From Antedon mediterranea (Eukaryota; Animalia; Echinodermata): 64,000 bases of DNA. Location: the NCBI RefSeq assembly GCF_964355755.1, contig NC_092679.1, positions 18,707,432 to 18,771,431 of the forward strand, given 5' to 3'. Both the position numbers and the translations under genes were made by a program. Shown one piece after another: positions 26,037-38,792 of this stretch (positions within the stretch are counted from its first letter, which is position 1; each line of letters starts with the position of its first letter). Below the pieces are notes generated by a model, which saw nothing but the letters and a program-made list of their open reading frames with translations, did not search any database and was not told the origin of the DNA.

Positions 26037-29017
26037 ATGGATCAACTTTGGAGACTTGTAGCAGAAGTGTTCATTGAGAAAGTTGCACCAAATGCAAATC
26101 CAGTGAGGAGTTTAGAGCATGACTGTGGAGGTAGGTAGGCAGATAGGGCCTAGATTTTTAACGTAATGAATATAGGCCTAGGCTAAAAAATAATATTTTA
26201 CTTAGGCCTAGGATTAAAGACCAAACACTAAAAATGGGGTTCACGGTGGCTTACTTGAGGAACCTATCCTTTAAAAGGAATGAAGCCTAGGCTTAGAGAT
26301 AGATATCATTTTAATATGAAATTCAATAACCTAATAATTCTATTAACTTTTATTTTATAGCAACTGATATTACCGCTATTTTAACTAGGAACGGTGACTC
26401 AGCAGACCCTAGGCCACAGATCGAACCCAACAAGATGCGCGAAACACACGACAACATCATACGTCACATTAGGCCGGGTAGAATGACTTCTTTAGCTAAT
26501 CGGAGCAAATTTGATTTGTTGAAGAAAATAAAAGATGATAAGGCAAACTTCCATTATAGACGATCAAAAACCCAAGGATGTAGCTTCTTTAGAAATAAGG
26601 TAATGATGATGATGATAAAGCTGATGAAAATTCAATAGTACAGTATTTTTTCCCGGGGGTTGTTGACAAAACTACAACAATGATCAGTACTGATAATGTT
26701 GAGTTTTACCGACATGTTGAGTAATAACGATAATGTTGAGTATAATACCGATATGTTGGTGATTCCGGTGATGAGTTGAATGAATGTTAAAATGTATAAA
26801 GCAACCGTTCCATATAATGATCTATAAAATGTATCTATTAGATTCCAGATTACATGATAAATGTGGAGTTTATAGGCGTGAGGGCAACTAGATTACCACA
26901 AAAAATGTTCTACAGACTATTAGCGAGTGAACGGATCGATTGTATAACACCCTTCATGACACGATTTAAGTCATTTTATGTCGTAACAAAAGTCTATAAA
27001 GCCGAGAAGGTACGATTCGAAATTCTAATTGGGGATAAAACGAAAGTTATTTCGAAAAACGATGTACAACTAGCTTTTGAATACACAAAGGTAAGTTTTT
27101 ACTAATTATTTAACTGAATTTTGTTCGAGCTGTTCTCTTTGTCAAATCCCCTATTTCATCTATTTTTCAACTTGAAACGGTTTAAAGCATAACAAGAAGT
27201 CTATTTGGAATTAGTTGTGTAGACCAGTTGACAAACTTCAGAAAACTAATTTGTAGAAACCTATAGACAGTAGTCTGCACTTTGGAAAGTTTTCTACCGT
27301 AGACCAGTTCGGTAAACTACAGAAAACACGTTTGTGAGTTTGTAAACACAAACACTTATCTCCAAACAGCGGAAAATTTTGCAAAAAAAGTTCGGTAGAG
27401 TTTGACGTAGAGTGTAGAGGCTGCCCTACATACTTCTCCAAACAGCAGGAAAGTTTGCATAAAAAGTTCGGTAGAGTTTGACATAGAGTGTAGAGGCTGC
27501 CCTATACACTTCTCCAAACAGCGGCAAAGTTTGCAAACAAAAGTTCGGTAGAGTTTGCTATAAAGTGTAGAGCCTGCACTACACACTTCTCCAATCAGCA
27601 GCAAAGTTTGCAAAAAAGGTTCGGTAGAGTTTGACATCGAGTGTAGAGGCTGCCCTAAATACTTCTCCAAACAGCGGAAAAGTTTACAAACAAAAGTTCG
27701 GTAAAGTTTACTATAGAGTGTAGAGGCTTCCTTACACACCTCTCCAATTAAACAGCGGCAAAGTTTGGAAACAAAAGTTCGGTAAATTTTGAAATACAGT
27801 GTAGAGGCTGCCCTACATACTTCTCCAAACAGTGGCAAAGTTTGCAAACAAAAGTTCGGTAAAGTTGGCCAAGGTAGACTAGCCCTACAAACAGAAGTTA
27901 ATGTCGTACAATTTTCTTCTCCATTTAACGGACAAAATTGAAGAATTGAAATGCAAAAAAACGGCTTTCAAAGCGAACATTCTGTTAATCTATTTCAGGT
28001 CAACATAACGCCACAGCGAAAACTGGAGGTTTTAAAAGAAGAGGAGACGGAGGAGAACACACAAGGGCAACTATTTCTGGAGACAATGCGGAAAGAAGGA
28101 AAACTTGCAAAATTCTTCAAGGCAACACACAAAGAAATTGTTGAGACGCTTCAATCTGCATTTGATGAGATTGAAAAGAAAAGTGATTTGGGAGGGGTAA
28201 GTATACTGTACTGAAGTTTTTTTTACACTATCAAACTTTATGTGACAAAAAAATGTGACATGCCCATACTGTAGGCCTATATGGATACGATGTCATATCA
28301 CTACCATTATTTGGAAACATTACACTTTTCTGTCAAACTAGTTTGATAGTGTTAAAGCGCAGTTTTAGGTGAGGATATATATTAAGATATAAGGGAGCTT
28401 TCGATTTTCGACGGCATGACCTACGCATTGTTATGTCATTGGTCATCTAGAGAGCGAGGAAATATGTTCCAATGTTTCAGCATCATGCGCACAATGTACT
28501 TTACGTTACTAGTTACTAGGTCCAAGGTTGTCACAAATCGAAAGATCCTTAATAACGATAATGACGTCAAAACAGTAAACAAACTTGATATTAATGATGG
28601 CACAAAGAAACATTAAAATAGGAGATAGCGCGCTTTCTTGTGAAATGTAATACTGTTACGGAAGCGGAAACAAATTGGCGGACGTAATCAAAACGCATAA
28701 TAACATAATAGTAGCAGATGTGTTTGACATGCGCACAACGACGGCAACGTCTTTCTATCTTTGAGATAACGACAAAAAACAATACCATATACATTGGCTG
28801 CAGTCGCGTGCTCAAATTTGAGTTAGTGTTTACCGAACGACCAACCGACCGACCGACATAGTGAGCTGTAGAGACTAAAAACAAGACAATGAAACTATGG
28901 TCTAAGATGACGACTACATTGACGGGAGAGGAGAACTTGGCTTACTGAAAGATTGTCTTTCTTTTTTTTAAACAGCTCCTGCAAACACCTCTCTTCGAAG
29001 TCGAATGTTTCCAATGA
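26037..29017 (+). CDS. 273-aa uncharacterised protein, probable divergent gasdermin/pejvakin-like N-domain with a short tail
   Basis: Exons 26037-26130, 26361-26599, 26842-27090, 27999-28196, 28976-29017 total 822 nt; all introns are GT-AG and in frame; AATAAA at 29071. Motifs FIEKV..PVRSL, VEFIGV, RIDCITPF, FYVVTKV and LAFEYTKVNI are colinear with GSDME/PJVK motifs as I recall them. The gene model is firmer than the family call. Confidence 0.7.
27350..27866. repeat. Tandem repeat, ~60-bp unit, about 8.5 copies
   Basis: Unit ttctccaaacagcggcaaagtttgcaaacaaaagttcggtagagtttg..agtgtagaggctgccctacatac, in intron 3 of the 273-aa gene. Confidence 0.95.
28222..28352. mobile_element. MITE family A, eroded
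   Basis: tacactatcaaactt...ctagtttgatagtgt. Confidence 0.75.
28783..28880. repeat. Dispersed repeat (second copy at 36066-36165)
   Basis: Both sites share ccatataca..ggctgcagt..cgaccaaccgaccgaccga..tagtgagctgtagag. Confidence 0.75.
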
Positions 29018-29158
29018 ATACACTTACTATATTATTATACACCAGAATATTGACCTACACGTCTAAACACAATAAAGGATAATCAAGTAAAATGAATTCT
29101 TTATGCATGTGTTCTTTGTAAAGTGTTTATATCATGGAGGATTTACTTAATAATACTG

Positions 29159-29488
29159 TTGATTGATTGAAATTGATTGAAATATATATTTATTCATACT
29201 GGGTAACCTCTTCAGTCAAAGACTGGTCTCCCAGAGGGCCCAGTTGGTGATCAGTGGCTGTGATGTACTAATACACCGGGGTAACCCCCTACTCGTCTCG
29301 AAAGATGTACTAGGTTCTTTAAAGTGCACACGAGCTAGTTGTGTACACTGGACCTACGGTTTATAGTCCTTATCCGAAAAGACTCGTTCTACCACCAGAA
29401 CATTGGCGTGAGTGAGCCTCGAACCCCTGCCGATGTTATGGCTACGTAATTACGGTCCCACTGTCTTAACCGCTCGGCCACTCACTCA
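29159..29488 (-). mobile_element. tRNA-derived SINE with a Deu/Nin-like central domain
   Basis: Reverse complement of 62598-62916, with A/B boxes and a (TCAA)n-like tail. Confidence 0.88.
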
Positions 29489-30325
29489 CTCTTAACATGA
29501 GTTCCTAAAAATCAATAACTGTTTTTTAAAAATTAATTACTTATATAAAATGAACTTCATGGTATTAAGCTTCATGAGAGGTCCTTGAATGAATTTTAAA
29601 ATCTTTCCTTTACATATAAAGGGATATTTATAATAAAAATAATAATTATGATTTTCCATTCCTTTTTCATTCAGAATGTCGTACATATAATTTGAGTCGT
29701 CTAGGACATTCAACTAAAAATTATACTGTATAATGATGAATTTTAAAGAATTTTGTTGCAAATTCATTTCGAGGACTACTTTTAGTAGTAAGCTCGCGTG
29801 CGCATATTGAAATGCGAGTATAAGTTCCCGGGGTAGTTTACGAGATGTTTTCTACATTTACAATGAAAAGCAATCCGTGAATCGCATAGGCTCTACGTGG
29901 ATCAGCAGATACGTAACAATAAGAACAAACGAATTCAGCCATTGTTTGTCAATAACACATAAGAGGATTAACATCTCACCATTGTCAACAACCACACTGT
30001 CATTGTTTCTAAGCAACTGCAAAGTATGTTCTATACTTAATGATACGAGACTTAAAAACAACAAAGTCAGTTAACATGCAGTAGTAGTCATCAACTACAG
30101 TACAAGGGAATTAGCAGAATATTACAATTTCCACTTTTCCAGTATATACAACTTTTTAAATTAAAATAATTGATTGATAAGGATTGTCCTATTTAGATTT
30201 CACAAGAGGATAACTTAAAGTTGGAATTTAGCGTATAACAGGAGTTTTAAGTGATTTGTAAATAACAAATCCCCAAATCTATCGGTATACGGACTATTTG
30301 GATTTGTTGTTTTGAAACAGCCATA

Positions 30326-33300
30326 ATGATGACAACTAGTAAATTTACCGGTGGCATAGAAAGAAGACGAGAAGAGATGTATGGCGATACAAAATTCGAT
30401 CGTTTAAACGAAATGAAACACTGTTTAACGACTGATAATGTATCCAAGATCCACAAAGAAGGAAGTACGGGTAGATGGGAAAGTACAACAAAAACCACGT
30501 ACATCGTAAGTAAAAACAAAGTATAGATAAGTGTCTATTTAATTAAAATTGTATTAGGACTTATTAGGCTATGATCTATGATTGATGATTGACTTTAAGA
30601 TATTGTCAAAGAACCATTGCGTAGCCTACATAAATAAATCGTTTACATTACAAACAAGTCATATGTAGGCCTATTTATAGTTTACTAAGCAAAACATGAA
30701 CATTGAGAAAGTGAAATAGTTATTGTACATCTTTATTTCACATAGGGTCGGCAACCAGCAGAATTTGGAGTTCCCATTAGCAGCAGCTTTCAGGTAAGAT
30801 AATGAAACGAATTTCAGAACATTATAGCCCTAAGAAAAATAAAATCGAGTAGGGCCTATCTCATTGTTCAATATGAAGGCTTTTGACAACAACAGTCATC
30901 GTACGAAGAAACCCTAAAGAATGTTAAGATCTGTCTACACTATCAAACTAGTTGACAAAAAAGCGTGATGCGTCCAAATATTCTAGCAATACGACGTCAT
31001 CGTGTCTATATATGGGCACATCGTATTTTCACATAAGGTTTGATAATGTAGATAGAGCTTTAGAATAGAAGATTAGGGCATACTTTACTCATTTCACTGA
31101 TAATGTACAGTTTATTTATTTTGTTCATAATTATCATTTGCTTTCATTTATTCAGACTTCTTCTGTTTAACAGTTTTTGTATTTTGCTTTTATAGAGAGA
31201 AAGCCATTTTACGATGCGAGCCGATGGGTCCAAAATTGATGACGCAATATACAAGTCGTCAATCGCTATGAAAGATTATAATAAGAAAAGCACCGAGATT
31301 GTAAGTTTGAAACACTATTTAAATTTTATAAAACTACGAAAATAAAAAGTTACAAATTCAGCAACAAACACAAATAATGCTAAAACTTATTTCCAATGAT
31401 AAAAACACCGAGATTGTAAGTTTGAAACACAGTTTGAAAATAAATGTTACAAAATGCTAAAACCATGAAGAATCCTAACTTATTTCCAATGATAAAAAAA
31501 ACCGAACAAAGCAAAAACGACTAGAAATAACTGTTAACATTCCGGACTAATAGAAAAGCTGTGAACGTTTGCAAAACGTCGTAGTGGGCCATACTTTGTA
31601 TTTTCAGGGAAGAGTGAAATTTCGGTATCATACTTTTTTTGGTATTTCATACTTTTCGATTTATTGGATTAACAAAAATGAAAATTCACTCCTATATATA
31701 GAAAATAACTAACACTGTTTTTGAATTATAGATGCCTACACTAAAACCAGACAGGACAATTAATTTAGCGGACATGCAGCCTCGCTATTGGAAAGACAAT
31801 CGTTTTGGAAGTTCTTTGTACAGGACAGACTTCAGTAATATGGTAGTTTTAGTTTATTTTATGTTAGTTTTGCTAAATGTTAAACTTGTGTATATGTTGT
31901 GGAGAATGATGACGATTAGGTGGTGATTGAATACTGAGCATAATACTATAATTCAAATAAGAAAAAAAGGCAGGCAGCATTGCCTGGAATGAAGAAAAAA
32001 GGCCCAGATCAACACACGGTTGTTCTAGTCTATTCCTCATCCAAAAACACAATACAATATACTACAATTCGTAACACTACACTAAGTCACTTAATTGGTA
32101 AAAGTACTACTACTTAAGTTAGCCTAAAATTATTTTTTCTAGGCCAATGAAGGATCACAGACACAAGAAATGAAAGACTTGAAAGAGAAACAAAATGAAC
32201 TGAGAAGGCATAACATAAAAGATGTGAGGAAAAGTCATTTCAGTCTTGGATATGACCAATCAAAGTAAGACATACCTTTTCTTTACTTGAATCAAATTAC
32301 TAAAAAATCCATTAGGCCTAACTGCCGAGGCGTTTACCAACATTATTGTTTTTTCTTCTAAGATTTAGTTCGGAGACTTGCGATTCATATTTTAATACCA
32401 AGCTCGATACAAACAATGGCGACCACGAGGACACTCCGGCAATGTTCACCAAGAAAATGGTTGAAGATGAGCAGAATTCAGCAGTTTTCAGACATGGGGA
32501 CTACAATTTTTCAAGTAAGTTAGGCATACTTTTTGAATTAAAATCGTAGTTGCAAGTACAACTCAAATCAAGTTTACAAAAGTAGCACACATATTCTTAT
32601 TGATAAATTCCTACTGAATTGGACACATAATGGAAACTTACGCAAATACTTCACAGTATTATTGGTCTATGCATCGATTGTATAAACGTCACTGATAATT
32701 TTCTTAACCATCAGATATTTTACCCAGTATTTCAACATTTAACCGTGACTATAACGCAACTATTAAACCGTTAAAGGCGGCCGGATTTATAGAAGTAACC
32801 AAGTCAAAGAAAGGTCGATTCTTGGACAGAGCTCCACGGCAAGAAAGGTATACATTTCTTATTGTAAAACAATGTCGATGCATCTGCAATCAACAAATTG
32901 AACATTCTTTTATAGTGTAGCGTAATGACTATGCATCTAAACTGAACTGCGCATGATCGTAGTACGCCATAAACATAGATATAAAAGAGCTTAATAAAAG
33001 CGAGTTCGACATATATAGTTCTTTAATTATTGCGATTTTATGTTGGTATTCTATTTGATTATGTATAATATATAGAAATGAAGTTCTCCTCGCATACAAC
33101 CAAGATAGCGGTTCTTCAGCTTCTGAGCCGAGCAGGACGCAACGAGAAGAAGTTTGCTCGACACTAAAACAGATATGCATGCAGTACGATCTAAATAAGT
33201 AAGTATGACGTATATTGACGTCATAAGAATGGCATTAGTTAACTTTTAACAAAACATGAGTATCAAATAACGAACCAGAGGAGATTACATGGGAAACAAA

Positions 33301-36300
33301 ATGTGTTGAACTATTACACATTATTTTCATTAGGAATGGTTACATAAGTAAAGACGCCTTAATCAGAGCAAGTAATTGTCTCTTGGATCCTATACCACAA
33401 AATGATTTCGACGACATACTAAGAGTGAGCAAACGAGGTATGTCAGGCACCATAGACTACAACGATTTCATAAAGCAATACTTAGGTAGGTATATCCACA
33501 TTTCCACAAAATCCATTTCCATTTCTTCTCTAATTCTATTTTTTTTTTAACCATGATGCAACTATCTCCAGCATCAGTTGACATCTTCGGCAAACTGCAG
33601 AAACTTAGTTTATAGAACTTTGGCCAAACTAGTTTGCTGAAACATTTGAACTCCGCGAATCAAATCTTTGTGATTCTGTAGGCGGACAAAATGACAGGCT
33701 CCAGTAACAGAGATTAGTACTGTAGTTTTAAATAACTTCTCTAAAATATTAGCAAACTCTGTTTGCAAACAAATGGTTGGTAAAGTGTTCTAGGTTAAAT
33801 GACATCTGGAAGAATCAAAATTGTATTTCTTACCAGATAATATGACATAACTCTAACTTCCAATGATATTTCAATGTGAAGTATAGTCTGTGATAGACAT
33901 TCTTTACGAGAGTAATCTTACTCTATTTTTTTAGTGTTAATAAATGACATAAACATTATTTTTAGATTATGATTATAAGCCTAATCTCGAAGAAGAGATA
34001 GTGGTGACTGCACATGATCCTAAAGAGAGTTTTAATTTTGATGACATTCCTGGTTTAGAATCTACAGACGGAAATAAATCAACATCCTGGCCACCGAAGA
34101 CTACACAGGGAAATCCCTTATTAGTTACGTCAGAACTAGGCAAAGATTATCAAACGACAGCTCATTTTAAGGTAGATTGAATGCTTTGTGTCTTTTATAC
34201 TGTAATAATAAAGTTGAAACTGGAAAACACATCTCTGAACCAATCCTAACAAAAACAAAATCAAACTGTGTAACCGGAAAATTTAGTATACGTATAGCAC
34301 ATCCACTTTCCTGTATCTTTTTTTATTCCTTTTACTTTTAGTGTAACTTGTTTTTTTCATTGCAAATGTTATGTGTGCGTGTGTATGTGCAGAGAAACAA
34401 TAACAACAAACAAACTTTTTTTTGGTCAGTTTGGACATGACGGAGAAAATCCTGCTTCTATCTACCGCAACGATTTTGACATGAAAGGACATCAAACTGA
34501 CCAAGAACTTGCAAAACCACCAATATCGTCTGAGGTTAGTACACGGGGAATTAAATACTTACAGTGTGGGAGAAATTATTATGAAACGAATTTTAGAATA
34601 CAATAATTATTCTGAAGTTCGTAGCAACTAAACTGTTAACTCAATAATACAATTGACTATGGTGAAACTTCTCCACAAAATACTGCATAGTGAACTTAAT
34701 TCTCCATTAATAGGCCTACAGGTTGCTTCATTTTATCTAATTTTACCATGTACCTATTAGGTTATGCACAAGAGTGAAAACCCGGAATTTGGAAAAAGTA
34801 CAAAACAAACGGATTATATCACTTTTAGGAAAGAAACGGTAAGAATGGAAAAAAATTATTTGCAGATCTATACAATGGAAATTGAAAGAAGGTCTACCTT
34901 TTATCATACGTGAGGTTTATTATTGAAACAAACAATATGTATATACACTTAGCGTGTTAATAATTTATCTGTACAATCCTCTTAGCATTGTTCATCTGAA
35001 ACGTATGATTGGAATAGTACAATGTACATTATCATGTTTAAACATTAGTTTATATCCGTATGTTCAACAACCATATTTTATTTACATTATCTTTTATAAG
35101 CAGATGAATGGGAATGATGAAATGGCTAAAAAAAATAAATCACGCCATTCTAAAAATAGTGTCCATCTGGCTTGTGATGAAAAGAATCACATGGAAGACC
35201 GACAAACATCTGGTACGTCAGACAAAATAATAAATATCAATGTTGATACAGTAATTAATGTTATCGTCACGGTTTAATTGTTTTAAATGTATTATTAATA
35301 GCTATACAATTATTAAAATGTGGACTGTAGATTGCGTACTTTGACCATTTTAAAAACGTTATCATTGAACAATTCGATGTTTTTCTATCGTTAGAATTGT
35401 CTTTTTTTTTAACCTACATTATCTAAATTGTCAGCTTTAATTAATTACGTTATGGCTCTTAGCTCTTGTGTGCGCATGCGCATATAAATATCAACAATTG
35501 ATGTTTATCACTAATATTTTTTTCAATTTCAGTTGCCAGATCAAGTTTTATTAAACATCAGAATACAGTAAGACAGATGCCGATAACTGCACAACTTCCA
35601 AAATATCGATACCTAGACACGGCGGCCTTGCCATACTCATTCAAGACTCCTAGATCAGAGGCTAAAGAGGCATTCAGTAACCTAACATCACCGGAACAAA
35701 CCATCACAAACCTTTCGAAAGGCAAGCTAGAGAATAACGCTAGAACAAAAGACCAGAGGAAAGTTCATTTTCAGTTAGGTTCCGATGAACCATCAGCAGT
35801 TTCAGAGTCTCATGGTGAGTTCATAAGATGTCGATCTGTGGGAAATGAAGTGCCGAGTGCTGGTAAAAAGAACATGTACGATCCAAGGTTTAACCACATC
35901 ACAGCAAGGTATGTGGTATTAATTAAAATCAATACATTAATTTCGACTCGATATACACACATCTAGTAACAACAAATACCTAGTTCAATCAATTGACTAA
36001 AGCGTTAAAAATATCGTTTTAAAGTTCCGAAATAAAAACTGAAAAAAAAAATAAACATAAAAAAGGCCATATACATGGCTGCAGTTACGTGCTCACGTTA
36101 GTTTTACCGATCGACCAACCGACCGACCGAAATAGTGAGCTGTAGAGTTGCACGCAACTACAAATATGTAAACAATTGATGAATATTTCAAACATTACAC
36201 ATGTAAAATATTAAAAGAATATGACGAAAGGGCTAGCTATGTAAGAGTCCTGTATGACGTCATGATAAACCATGACCCAAATATGGTTATTACGCAATAG

Positions 36301-38792
36301 GCCTATTCAGGTAGTCACCCGGATATCCGGGTCATACAGTACCTTTCTCGTTCACGGCATTATATAAGGATACAAGTTTAATGACACCTGTATTATCTCT
36401 TTCTAAAAACTAATACGGAAGTAGTAGTAGTAGTATTCTAGTGCCAAAGTTCGGACGACATTTTGTGACAGGGTAACTGAACGTGATATCCGATACACTT
36501 GTGACCCAAAAAAGTACCTCCTTAAAAAAGATGACTCCTGAATAGTTAATTTGCCATAGTGTTTAATACTACTGTATGTATACTTTGTTCAACATATTGC
36601 CCTCGTTGGTTCACGGGAAATGGTCCACTTAATAGAGTTGTCCCAAAAAAAGGTTTTCAAGGAACGATGTAGGCCTACGGGCAATAACAGTGTGTTAATA
36701 ACCAAAGAGTTGAACTTCCTCATGTAACTCATTATATTCAACCACTTTCCTTTTGGGCAGAAATTTGATCAGAGCCTGAGAATTATAGTGTGATTACAGG
36801 GAGGTGGTCAACGTGATATTATTCACATTAAACTTGTAGGCCTAGTTGTGATACTATTTATTCTTCTAATAGGACTAGGGCCGAAAAACGTGCGAAAGGT
36901 ACATAAATTTAAATCATAAAAGCGCTGCGACATCACATGCTAATACCCGATTGTTGAACTTAAGCTTAAGAGTTTAATAAAATTTAAAAAGCATAATAAA
37001 AAAAAATATAATATAATCAAATTTTGTAAATAAAAGTAATAAAAGAGGGCGATCTTCTCTGAATTGTAGATCCTCGGTATTTTACTTGTTACAAGTATAT
37101 CGTTTTTTTGTAATTAAACAAAATTCAGAAACTATTATTTATATTACTTTAAAGCAAAAATACCCAAGACTTGCAAAAGAACCCGATGTCGTGGAATACT
37201 TTTGATACGTTAAGGATGAACAAGAAAGGCTACTTCAATGGGTATGTAGGCTACAGGCCTGAAACTAGATTAGCTACGTTCACACTGGGACCGGATTAAT
37301 ACGGAGTTCATATATTGTCCTCGCATTGGAAGTCGATCTATACCATCATAATGACGGACTACATGTAACATGCATACCGCAACATGATATCAGGCAATAC
37401 CCTACCATTTACATCACAGTAAATAATTAGTATTTAAAATTTGATTTTACATTTTTAATAAGTACGGTGAATTGGTAAACAATATTTATGGTGTGTTCAT
37501 ACAGGCAATCAAGCTCAATGACTCCTCTACATCTGAGCCTTCAACGAGCGTTCTCAGAGTTAGATCCAGACGGCACAGGCAAGATAACCAAGGAACATAT
37601 GAAAGATATCTGTCGTAACTACAAACTAAACATCAGTCAAATTTCAATAGAAGCGTTACTCAGAAAGTAAGTACCGTATAGATTCGATCATATAGAGAAC
37701 AGTCTCTGATACAGTATCTATCAAATAGTGTAGTCTGCAACTTAAATGGCCTTCAAATAGCGATCGGTTTAAACACTATAAAAAGTGGCATTATTACAAC
37801 GAATGTAATTGATAAGATGATTGCCCTAAACTGTAATTGTACTTTATACCAAGAACACTTGCAAAAAAATAATAATCATACATCCGGAGGTTTCACTTAA
37901 TACAAAAAATTGTAACAGAAACTTAACTTTATTTGTTAGATGTGATCGTTATGATGATGGCAACGTAAATTACCAGGTGTTCCTGAAAAACTTGACTCCT
38001 CAACAAGTACCAGAAGGTGTATCGGCAGCACATTCAGATTCCACGATGTCAAATGATTTCAGACCACTGCAACAAAGAAGGTAAGCACGAAAGCTATTAG
38101 GCCTACCACTCTCTAGCAACAAAGAACTCGTTCTGGCTCAGTTATTTGCCCAAGTAAATTGGTTCCTCACACCAAAGATAGCGATAACAGAACTTGAATA
38201 GTGAATACTGATAACTCACACGACCTCAAGATGACGAAGACGATACGTCATTATCATTACTTATTAGCCTATTTTGGAATACTGTAGAACTTCTCTTATG
38301 GGACACCCCTATTCAGGTAACACTTTCCGAGGGTGATATATGTTTTGAAACTACGGCCAATGACACCCCTATTACAGTAGTATTAAAGGTACACTTTGTT
38401 GGGTCCCGAAGGTGTCCCTGTCCCTTGATTTTACAGTACTAAATTGAATCTCTCTTCTTTGTTGTAGTTTTACTGATGCCCAACTTCGAACCATCAGTCA
38501 CATGAACAAGAAGCCGACACTTCCACAATCCTCACACTTATTCCACATGGACGAAAACAGAGGTAAGCGCAGATAATTCACACTTTAAATCCAAGGTCAT
38601 TCAAAATTGGACAACTACTATTACGAATCTAACCCGACTTGAATACAATAAGACGATAAGATGTTTCTGCCAATATCCACTTATCATTATCTGTTTTTAT
38701 CTATAGGTAACAACTTTATTTCCACAATGAATCAAGACTTTCTACAACCAGAGATTCAACCGAGAACATGGATACCAAGTGATGCATGTTGA
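30326..38792 (+). CDS. ~857-aa EF-hand protein with SAXO/TEX45-like repeats; putative ciliary or flagellar microtubule inner protein
   Basis: Nineteen exons: 30326-30505, 30746-30793, 31196-31300, 31732-31842, 32143-32264, 32363-32514, 32715-32847, 33076-33198, 33334-33485, 33966-34171, 34430-34534, 34761-34838, 35101-35212, 35533-35908, 37155-37241, 37505-37666, 37940-38080, 38468-38562, 38707-38792; 2574 nt, all phases consistent. EF-hand loops: DLNKNGYISKDA, DPDGTGKITKEH, DRYDDGNVNYQV. Repeats: SHFSLGYD, AHFKFGHD, VHFQLGSD and S-x-x-x-x-D-[YF]. Confidence 0.82.
30927..31059. mobile_element. MITE family A
   Basis: tctgtctacactatcaaac...gtttgataatgtagatagagct. Confidence 0.8.
38281..38440. 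mobile_element. Degenerate DNA-transposon (Tc1/mariner-like) MITE fragment
   Basis: ggacacccctatt subrepeats, also present at ~4640-4920, 7020-7135, 20160-20285, 44075-44165 and 62480-62597. The superfamily is uncertain. Confidence 0.5.

Noticed and set aside
27356-27847. 163-aa Cys/Leu-rich repetitive ORF on the minus strand
   Set aside because: It is a translation of the 60-bp tandem repeat, antisense within an intron, with no splice or domain support.
27350-27866. CRISPR-like regular array
   Set aside because: The units are contiguous tandem copies without unique spacers, the context is eukaryotic and there are no cas genes.
34373-34429. 5' extension of the exon suggested by the ORF track
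   Set aside because: The upstream AGs are out of phase; the acceptor at 34429 restores the AHFK-FGHD repeat.
36761-36825. Extra exon of the EF-hand gene
   Set aside because: It introduces a stop in the required phase, whereas 35908 to 37155 joins cleanly.
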